Assembly: GCA_934772045.1 (NCBI GenBank)
Contig: CAKVMH010000002.1
Span: forward strand, 219,062 to 283,061
From: an uncultured Clostridia bacterium
GTDB taxonomy: Bacteria; Bacillota; Clostridia; Christensenellales; UBA1242
Reading direction: 5' to 3'
Length of the DNA stretch: 64,000 nt
Part shown: positions 57,545-64,000 of the stretch, one piece after another
How the letters are laid out: each line of letters starts with the position of its first letter
How positions within the stretch are numbered: position 1 is the stretch's first letter
Translations under genes and position numbers: made by a program
Notes under the pieces: model-generated
What the model saw: only the letters and a program-made list of their open reading frames with translations
Told to the model about the DNA's origin: nothing
The model's database searches: none

Positions 57545-58093
57545 TTATAAATTACAGATGTTTTTTTTTGCGAGTTGCGCACTTAAAATATCTTCATTGC
57601 ACTTATAAAGAGCAATTGCTAAAGCTGTTGAAACATTCATTGATGAATTATTGCCAAACATATCAATATGAACTCGATTAGTCGAATTATCAAGTGCATA
57701 TTGTGACACTCCATACTTTTCATTACCCATGATTAAAGCAACCCCATCGAACTGTGAAAAATCGCAATCTCTTAAAGGTATGCTGTCATCACAAATCTCA
57801 ACAGAAATAGGTTCAAAACCAAAATTCTTAACAATAGAGATTGCTTGTTCTGTTGTTGGTAATATTTCATAAGCTGTAGTTTTAGAACAATTCCTTGCCG
57901 TTTTTTCAATTTTATGTGTGTCTAATTCCTTATTTGAAACAATAAATATTTTTTTTACATTAAAAGCATCCGCTAGCCTGAATGCTGATCCTATGTTCTC
58001 TTCATGTTCAAAATTTTCCAAAACTAAAACTATGTTTGGACTAAATTTTTTTTGAATTTTCTTAAATTCATCGTGATCTAATTGTTTGCTCAT
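57545..58093 (-). CDS. SpoU/TrmH-family RNA methyltransferase (short form)
   Basis: 182 aa. LENFEHEENIGSAFRLADAF, GNEKYGVS, SMNVSTALAIALY. Confidence 0.75.
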   Translation of the reverse strand: MSKQLDHDEFKKIQKKFSPNIVLVLENFEHEENIGSAFRLADAFNVKKIFIVSNKELDTHKIEKTARNCSKTTAYEILPTTEQAISIVKNFGFEPISVEICDDSIPLRDCDFSQFDGVALIMGNEKYGVSQYALDNSTNRVHIDMFGNNSSMNVSTALAIALYKCNEDILSAQLAKKNICNL

Positions 58094-58113
58094 AACTCTC
58101 CTGTTGTAAATGA

Positions 58114-58422
58114 CTAATCTTCATCGTCGTCATCGTCGTCATCATTGTCATCATTATTGTAATTGTCGACATCTTCTTCATAGTCGTCATCATCGTCATC
58201 ATCTTCTTCATTGTTATCAGCATAAATGCCGAAATCATGTATTGTCCCATCAGGATGTTCTGTATGATGTCCAACCTCTACACCATTAACTTTAGTCTGT
58301 TCGACATAGTCAATTGATCCATCTCCGCGATCATAAACAACTTGATTTACTTCTACGGAGTTACCTTTATCATCTTCATAAGTATTTGTCACTCTATAGT
58401 AAGTATCTTTATCATCCGTCAT
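58114..58422 (-). CDS. Small protein with a poly-Asp/Glu tail, function unknown
   Basis: Start moved to ATG 58422 (AAGGAGG 5 nt upstream). The C-terminal ~40 aa are almost entirely D/E/N. Confidence 0.5.
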   Translation of the reverse strand: MTDDKDTYYRVTNTYEDDKGNSVEVNQVVYDRGDGSIDYVEQTKVNGVEVGHHTEHPDGTIHDFGIYADNNEEDDDDDDDYEEDVDNYNNDDNDDDDDDDED

Positions 58423-58516
58423 ATATACCTCCTTATCCACTGACAACGTTTTAAAATGGATACGATAAGTATATCACTAAACAATAGAAAAGTCAAACTT
58501 ATTAAAATTTATAATT

Positions 58517-59269
58517 TTAGCATTTTGTGTAAACTTTAAGGCGGTTTGAAAAAATGTTACTTAAAAAACTTACTGCTTCATATTCTTCGTTGGTGTTTAG
58601 GTAAATATCGATGTAATTTGGGCAAGAATTAAGCACATTAGTAATAAAATCAACCGAATTGTTACACTCGGCAATCTTTTTGATTTTTGCGTTTTTGTTC
58701 TTCATGTTGTAAATGCAATAATGCTCGTCCTTAATCACCACTTTTACCTTATAAACCAAGTTATCCATGGTGTTAATCAAAAACCTTATCACATCTAAAA
58801 AAGTGCCAGAATTGAAAAGCGTTAAATTGTCACTGCTAAGTTCTGCAAGGTTGTCCCAGTGCTTTTTAAGCGGATTTAAGCGGAATTCAAGGAATGAATC
58901 CATGTAAAAAGTTTGGTTAAACAAAAGAATGTTTTTCAATGCTGTTTCGTCAGTCGTTTTGTCAAAAAGTGCCAACACTTTTATGTAAGCACTAAATGTT
59001 AATTTATCACAAATAGGGTTTTTGATTTTGCGCGTTAAATAATCAACCTTGTAAACAGTTTCAATATATTCAATTATAATATCTTTTAAAATTTCTTCAC
59101 ATGGCGCCACGAAACTTTCTTCACACGCAAAAAGAAGATATGCAAATTTGGTGTCATCGTAGCAGGTAATGATAGTTTTGCAGAAATCAATTTTTGCCTT
59201 TACATTTGCATAAAGATATTCAATTATCCCCTTATTGTTCAATTGAGTAGCCAATGCTATCTCTCTCAT
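58517..59269 (-). CDS. Hypothetical protein, possibly sporulation protein YtxC-like
   Basis: Start moved to ATG 59269 (GAGGT 5 nt upstream). Size, composition and location upstream of thrS recall Bacillus ytxC-thrS. Weak assignment made by eye. Confidence 0.4.
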   Translation of the reverse strand: MREIALATQLNNKGIIEYLYANVKAKIDFCKTIITCYDDTKFAYLLFACEESFVAPCEEILKDIIIEYIETVYKVDYLTRKIKNPICDKLTFSAYIKVLALFDKTTDETALKNILLFNQTFYMDSFLEFRLNPLKKHWDNLAELSSDNLTLFNSGTFLDVIRFLINTMDNLVYKVKVVIKDEHYCIYNMKNKNAKIKKIAECNNSVDFITNVLNSCPNYIDIYLNTNEEYEAVSFLSNIFSNRLKVYTKC

Positions 59270-59355
59270 ATCTACCTCTATACTATCATATGCACAAACT
59301 TTAAATTTACTCATAAAAAAAATGTATTTATGTGGCATAATTTGCATTGCAAATT

Positions 59356-59500
59356 TCGTGCAATGCTTTGCACATAATTTAAAACGAAATCGTGCAATGC
59401 TTTGCACATAATTTAAAACGAAATTGTGCAACATTTTGCACATAAATAAAAATGAAATCGTGCAATACTTTGCACTTAATTTAAAACGAATTCGTGCAAT
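59356..59500. repeat. About 4.4 tandem copies of a 34-bp repeat, each containing the palindrome GTGCAA-N4-TTGCAC
   Basis: Units at 59356, 59390, 59424 and 59458, plus a partial unit at 59492. Preceded by the palindrome AATTTGCA-T-TGCAAATT at 59339-59355. Confidence 0.9.
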
Positions 59501-59579
59501 GTCACCTAGAGTAAAAGTAAGTATATCATACTAAGAGGTATGTCACTTTAAGTGTGAACAGGTATATTATATTAAGTAT

Positions 59580-59686
59580 GTCACCCTGAACGAATGTGAA
59601 GGGTCTTGCACGAAGTGCTTTTTAAGATTAATATTTCAAAAGCAAGGCAAGCCTTGCAAGATTCTTCGCTTTGCTCAGAATGACAG
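59580..59686. repeat. Two convergent copies of a ~45-49 bp hairpin repeat element (E1 on plus, E3 on minus)
   Basis: E1 (59580-59623) is gtcACCCTgaacgaatgtgaAGGGTcttgcacgaagtgcttttt. E3 (59638-59686) is the reverse complement of ctgtcATTCTgagcaaagcgaAGAATcttgcaaggcttgccttgctttt. Confidence 0.8.
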
Positions 59687-60070
59687 AGAACTATGTATGG
59701 ACACAAAAGTTTAACAAAAATTTTCGGCAGTCCATATGCTGAATTAAAGGAAATGTTTATGTATTACTTTTATTTTAGGTCGGGTTGCTACAATTTTGTA
59801 AATGAAAGCAATTTGAGTTTACCTTTAACAAGTTCAATATATGGAATTTACAGTGCTTGCAACTGCACCTGCTTTGATTGGAGTGCCCCATACCGATGTC
59901 GTATAGGTAGTGCAGTAAATAACAATAACTTGCCACAAATTTTATAAAAATTAACACGACATCACAGAAATCGTAAACTATTAGCTGATCAGAGCCGTAA
60001 CGCGAGATTGTTATTTTTAGATGATATAATACAACTAAACCAGAAGGTTATTAAATGCTTGTTTATATAC

Positions 60071-60097
60071 AAAAAAACACCACTGATGTGGTGTTTT
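60071..60097 (-). terminator. Terminator downstream of the 60119-60706 gene
   Basis: Minus strand acaccac-atca-gtggtgt followed by T7. Confidence 0.8.
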
Positions 60098-60118
60098 ATA
60101 TGAAATTTTGAAATAAGC

Positions 60119-60706
60119 TTATGCTTTTTTCTTTCTTACGATGATTGAACCAACTGTGCCAGCGATAGCAACAGCGTCAACTAATGCGAACACTACAACC
60201 AAAATGATTGCGCTTGTGCAAGTTAAAGTTGTGCCGTCCATTTCCATTTTGAAAGCACTAACTTTTGTGTCAAAACCTGCATTATACAAGTCGGCACTTG
60301 TCTTTTTAAGTTCTTTCAAATTTTTAACAGCGTCTTTGTACTCGTCTTTGCTTACTGTTGGCATAGTGTCTTTAGCTGAAGATGTCATATCATTGCCTGC
60401 AACGATGTACTTGTTAATTTTTTTGGTGCCAAGTGTAAGCATATTGTAACCATCGCGATATGCCCATTCGTCCATAGAAACATAGTTCTTTTTGCCATCA
60501 GTTTTAGATTTCATCTTTACATTAAGAGTGTTACCCCAAACTTTAACGGCAACATTTGCTTCTACACCCATTTCACTGTTTTTGCCATTATATGACAAAC
60601 CTGATGATACTGGGCGAACACACATGAAGACAACAAGTGCTAGCATAACGATTGCAACCACTAAACAAGTAATAAAAGTTGCTTTTTTGCCTAATAACTT
60701 TTTCAT
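60119..60706 (-). CDS. Hypothetical bitopic protein (N-terminal and C-terminal TM helices, K/D-rich ectodomain)
   Basis: AGGAGG 8 nt upstream; 195 aa; no family recognised. Confidence 0.55.
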   Translation of the reverse strand: MKKLLGKKATFITCLVVAIVMLALVVFMCVRPVSSGLSYNGKNSEMGVEANVAVKVWGNTLNVKMKSKTDGKKNYVSMDEWAYRDGYNMLTLGTKKINKYIVAGNDMTSSAKDTMPTVSKDEYKDAVKNLKELKKTSADLYNAGFDTKVSAFKMEMDGTTLTCTSAIILVVVFALVDAVAIAGTVGSIIVRKKKA

Positions 60707-61030
60707 TTATACCTCCTTATTGTCATGATAGCAGATTGAAATAAATTTGTCTAACAAATTTCGGCAAGTTTTTTAAAATATTTTTAAAAAACCAAATTTA
60801 ACGACAAAATTATGTGCTAATTGGGTGTTTTTTGCCAAAATTTCATAAATTTAGCAGTCATAATTTTTATCGAGTGCTAACAACAAACAAATAAACCCAC
60901 TAACTGACTTTATTACTGAACTTATATATGCCTTTAAGTTTAAAAAAATGCCATATAAAATAAATTTACTTGGCATTAACTTTAACAATTTTTGGAAGAA
61001 TAGTATTTATGTAAGTAGGTCGTAGTTTAT

Positions 61031-61079
61031 CTGTCATTCTGAGCGTAGCGAAGAATCTTGCAAGGCTTGCCCTGCTTTT
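61031..61079 (+). repeat. Third copy (E2) of the hairpin repeat element; inverted partner of E3
   Basis: ctgtcATTCTgagcgtagcgaAGAATcttgcaaggcttgccctgctttt. 46 of 49 positions match the reverse complement of 59638-59686. Confidence 0.85.
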
Positions 61080-61085
61080 AAACAA

Positions 61086-61685
61086 TTAATTTTTAATACT
61101 CTTTAAAATATAATAACCTTTGTTGCGTTCAATAATTTCGCAATTGTTAAACAATTCTGTAAGGTGTTTTTTTAAACTTTCCATGCCGTGGTCCTTACGG
61201 ATAACCAAAATTAATTGTCCGCCCAAATTTAAATGTTCAAATGCACCTTGCATAAGGCTAAAAAGCAGTTGTTTGCCAGTTTTGATAGGTGGGTTTGTAA
61301 TAATGTTATCATACATATTGTTAACCGCACAAAAACCGTCACTTTCAAAAACATTTGTGTTGCGTTGAACATTGTTTAAAATTGCATTTTCACGCGCAAG
61401 TTTAACTGCTGTGCCGTTGATGTCAACCATGTCAACATGCACTGCATATTTTTTTGCAAGCACAATGCCAATTGTGCCAAGCCCACACCCCAAATCAAGG
61501 CAAGAACCTGAAATTTCGCACTGTTTTGCAATTGTGTTTAACAATGTGCGGGTGCCGTCGTCAATTTTGTTTTTAGAAAAAATGCTGTCGCAACTGCGAA
61601 AGCATAATTTGTAATTTAAAATTTCATCTTCAAAATTAAAGAAATCACCTGCTGAGTGCTCTTTATCAATAAAATAATGTTGCAT
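61086..61685 (-). CDS. Class I SAM-dependent methyltransferase (RsmC/RlmG small-domain type, NPP motif)
   Basis: LDLGCGLGTIG SAM motif and IITNPPIKTG. Start moved to ATG 61685. Confidence 0.75.
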   Translation of the reverse strand: MQHYFIDKEHSAGDFFNFEDEILNYKLCFRSCDSIFSKNKIDDGTRTLLNTIAKQCEISGSCLDLGCGLGTIGIVLAKKYAVHVDMVDINGTAVKLARENAILNNVQRNTNVFESDGFCAVNNMYDNIITNPPIKTGKQLLFSLMQGAFEHLNLGGQLILVIRKDHGMESLKKHLTELFNNCEIIERNKGYYILKSIKN

Positions 61686-61686
61686 A

Positions 61687-61944
61687 TTAACCTTTATAGA
61701 AAGTGTTTTCAATTGGCAATGCAATAAGGATTAAACCAAGCAAAATCAAACACACACCAACAATTACAAGAGCTTGATAAAGTTTGTCGTTTTTCATTAT
61801 GCTATCTGAATGCCTTTTTGCCATTGTTATGCGTTTTGAAAGCATGCAAATTGCCACGCCGATTGCTGAAACGACAATGCCTGCAATAACTGTGTACCTT
61901 AAAATAAATTCCCAAATGCTGACAAATGATAATAAAGTTGACAT
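61687..61944 (-). CDS. Small 3-TM membrane protein, unknown function
   Basis: 85 aa, hydrophobic. Its stop overlaps the next gene's start in TAATATG. Confidence 0.45.
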   Translation of the reverse strand: MSTLLSFVSIWEFILRYTVIAGIVVSAIGVAICMLSKRITMAKRHSDSIMKNDKLYQALVIVGVCLILLGLILIALPIENTFYKG

Positions 61945-62016
61945 AAATTCTCCTTAAACTTAGCAGTATTTTAACACATTAATTTTACCTTGTCAATACC
62001 AAGATTTTAAATTACC

Positions 62017-62538
62017 CTATTTTGATTTTTTAGGCAAATTGTGGATAAAATCGTACACTGTGTAGCCAAAATACAATGCGCCTGTCATAATGCAGGCAAT
62101 GCAAGCCACTGAAAGCACTGTAGCATAAGCAAAAGCGAATGTCATGCCAATAAGGACTGCGCATTCAAACAAAATACAGCAATAGTTTACAGCATCAATA
62201 AATTCAGGCAATTCCTTATTAAACATAAACACTTCACTGCCCGCTTTAAGTGCGATTGCAATAACTGCAATTATGCCGACAGGTTTTGAAACAACCCCTG
62301 CCACCATAAACATTGCAAGCAAGGTTGTGTTTGTGACAACGCTGGCAATTGAGTTTATGATAATTTCTGTTTTGTTAAACTTATCCTTAAAAATTTCGCG
62401 CCAAATTTTGCAAAGCAAAACACCAGCCACAAACAAGCCCACTGACCAATGTGGTAAAAATATGTATGCAAAAATTGTTAAAGGCAAAAGTGCCATTTCA
62501 ATTGCAAAAAGGGCTTTAAAAAGTGTGTTGTTTTTCAT
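62017..62538 (-). CDS. Multi-pass membrane protein, unknown function
   Basis: Start moved to ATG 62538 (GGAG 5 nt upstream). About 5 TM helices. Confidence 0.5.
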   Translation of the reverse strand: MKNNTLFKALFAIEMALLPLTIFAYIFLPHWSVGLFVAGVLLCKIWREIFKDKFNKTEIIINSIASVVTNTTLLAMFMVAGVVSKPVGIIAVIAIALKAGSEVFMFNKELPEFIDAVNYCCILFECAVLIGMTFAFAYATVLSVACIACIMTGALYFGYTVYDFIHNLPKKSK

Positions 62539-62809
62539 GACTACTCCAATTAATTTGAACAATACTAGCAAAGTTTAACAATTTTGACAAATGTTTTAAA
62601 TGCGGTTTTGTAAATTAAATTGTCTAAAAAATCAAATTCTTTTGCATCTGTGCATTACTGCGGACTATTTAAAATGCCAACCTTTCATAACGCCAACACA
62701 TACTCAACATTACAGCCAGTTTTAAACATTTTAACAAAAAAACAATGTCAACATAATATGAAAGTATGGAAGCATTAAACCACTTAAAACCTTCCATAAA
62801 GGAGATTAG

Positions 62810-63832
62810 ATGAAAAAACTTTCTATTTTGCTTGTCGCCATTATGTCGGTGTTTGCAGTGTTTATGACCACCGGTTGCAAAAAGAATGACGACAATGTTT
62901 TGCGTATCAGCGAAGTTACACATTCAATCTTTTATGCCCCACTTTATGTTGCTATGAATAAAGGCTATTTTGATGAAGAAGGGCTTAAAATTGAACTTAC
63001 CAATGCGGGCGGTAGCGACACTGTTATGACAAGCCTTATTTCAGGCAATGCAGACATCGGCTTGATGGGGCCTGAAAGCACTGTGTATGTGCGCAACAAT
63101 GGTATGCAAAATGCGCCTATTATTTTTGCTCAATTGACGGCATGCGATGGCTCTTTCTTGGTAGGCAGAGATGCGGTTACAAATTTCGATTGGGAAAGCC
63201 TTAAAGGCAAACACATCATTGCTGGCCGTAAAGGTGGAATGCCTGCGATGACACTTGAATACATCTTAAAACAGCACGGTTTAAAACCAGGTGCAGAGTT
63301 AGGTGCAAATGTTGACACTATTTTGGACACCACCATTGCATTTAACCTTACAAGTTCATCATTTATCGCTGGCACTGGCGATTATTGCACTATGTTCGAC
63401 CCTGTGGCAAGTCAATGTGAATTTGATGGCACTGGGCACATTGTTTCTGCCCTTGGCGACGAAGTTAAAGATGTACCTTACACCTGCTTTGTTGCAACAA
63501 ACGACTATTTGAACAACAATGGTTCAAAAATTTCAAAATTCATGCGTGCGCTTAAAAAAGGTTATAATTATTTAATTGAAGCAAACAACGCTAACCGTGA
63601 CGCGGACATCATTTCCGCACTTAAACCATCATTCAGTTCTACAAGCGACCAACTTATTTTAGCTTCGGTTAAAAACTACATCCGTATTGGTGCTTATGCT
63701 GACAGTTTTGTGTTAAAACAAAGTTCTTGGAACCTTATGCTTGACATCATCGAAGGTGCTGGCGAGTTGAAAAATAGGGTTAATTGGGAAAACGCAGTTA
63801 ACACAAAATACGCATTACAAGTTGAGAATTAA
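62810..63832 (+). CDS. ABC transporter substrate-binding lipoprotein, NMT1/THI5-SsuA-like (nitrate/sulfonate/bicarbonate family)
   Basis: Lipobox MTTGC; HSIFYAPLYVA...GYFDEEGL; AGGAG RBS. Confidence 0.75.
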   Translation: MKKLSILLVAIMSVFAVFMTTGCKKNDDNVLRISEVTHSIFYAPLYVAMNKGYFDEEGLKIELTNAGGSDTVMTSLISGNADIGLMGPESTVYVRNNGMQNAPIIFAQLTACDGSFLVGRDAVTNFDWESLKGKHIIAGRKGGMPAMTLEYILKQHGLKPGAELGANVDTILDTTIAFNLTSSSFIAGTGDYCTMFDPVASQCEFDGTGHIVSALGDEVKDVPYTCFVATNDYLNNNGSKISKFMRALKKGYNYLIEANNANRDADIISALKPSFSSTSDQLILASVKNYIRIGAYADSFVLKQSSWNLMLDIIEGAGELKNRVNWENAVNTKYALQVEN

Positions 63833-64000
63833 TGAAGAAAACGAAAAACAACATTATCGCGCAAAATTTAAAACTTAAAACAAACACTATTAAAACTAGT
63901 GTAAACCAAACCGCAGTTAGCGAAAAAATTGACAATAAGTTTGAAAATTTAAGCGAAAATGTTGTTGAAGTTAAAAATTTAAACCTTATTTACCAAAGCA
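63832..64000 (+). CDS. Probable ABC transporter ATP-binding protein, 3' end beyond the window
   Basis: ATG overlaps the SBP stop (TAATG). The frame is open to the window end. It ends ...VVEVKNLNLIYQS, the usual lead-in to Walker A. Confidence 0.5.
   Translation, partial: MKKTKNNIIAQNLKLKTNTIKTSVNQTAVSEKIDNKFENLSENVVEVKNLNLIYQS

Noticed and set aside
59424-59457. Rex or CRP/FNR operator identity for the TGTGCAA-N4-TTGCACA palindromes
   Set aside because: When aligned from the dyad centre, the half-sites do not match TTGTGAA-N4-TTCACAA (Rex) or TGTGA-N6-TCACA (CRP). No regulator is assigned.
46073-62571. Extended N-termini suggested by the ORF track for queA, yebC, the nucleotidyltransferase, the ytxC-like gene, the methyltransferase and the 62017 gene (similarly for spoVAE, spoIIAA, spoIIAB and secF, which lie upstream of this span)
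   Set aside because: In each case an internal ATG is preceded by a good SD and gives the family-typical N-terminus. The longer versions overlap upstream genes or repeats.
62700-62809. TPP (THI-box) riboswitch upstream of the NMT1/THI5-like binding protein
   Set aside because: The conserved CTGAGA and ACCTGATCTGGATAATGCCAGCG-type elements are absent. Only a simple 8-bp hairpin (tatggaag...cttccata) precedes the SD.

Overview
AT-rich, gene-dense chromosomal segment from a low-GC endospore-forming Bacillota (Clostridia-like) organism, with most genes on the minus strand. The evidence for that placement is spoIIAA-spoIIAB-sigF, spoVAC/AD/AE, yunB, ytfJ/ytfI and a dacB-like gene, plus RuvC instead of RecU. 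Content is mostly housekeeping: miaA, serS and thrS (each with a T-box leader), lexA with an SOS box, rny, thiI plus a cysteine desulfurase, scpA/scpB, recJ, secDF, yajC, tgt, queA, ruvABC, yebC, infC-rpmI-rplT, a six-gene tRNA cluster, tRNA-Trp and a tRNA-Thr(CGU) locus. No prophage, CRISPR array, IS element or recognisable defence island was seen.

The unusual material is non-coding and small-scale:
1. A tRNA-Thr(CGU) array: one canonical gene followed by two identical 223-nt copies of the same tRNA, each interrupted at two precise positions. The spacers carry the reverse complement of the D-arm segment that the interrupted copies lack.
2. A perfect 17-6-17 palindrome built like a tyrosine-recombinase core site. 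Two further arms sit in inverted orientation around serS, next to a XerS-length recombinase gene.
3. Duplicated gene ends: the tRNA-Thr(UGU) 3' half plus terminator, the rplT 3' end plus terminator, and the thrS SD/start.
4. A small hairpin-repeat family with covarying stems and a conserved loop. Two of its copies bracket a 1.4-kb segment as inverted repeats.
5. Two operator-like or iteron-like tandem repeat arrays.
6. Two apparent pseudoenzymes: an M50-like protein lacking all three Zn ligands, and a PLD/Cls-like protein with both HKD motifs degenerate.

All functional calls come from reading the translations and sequence by eye. No database search was run.
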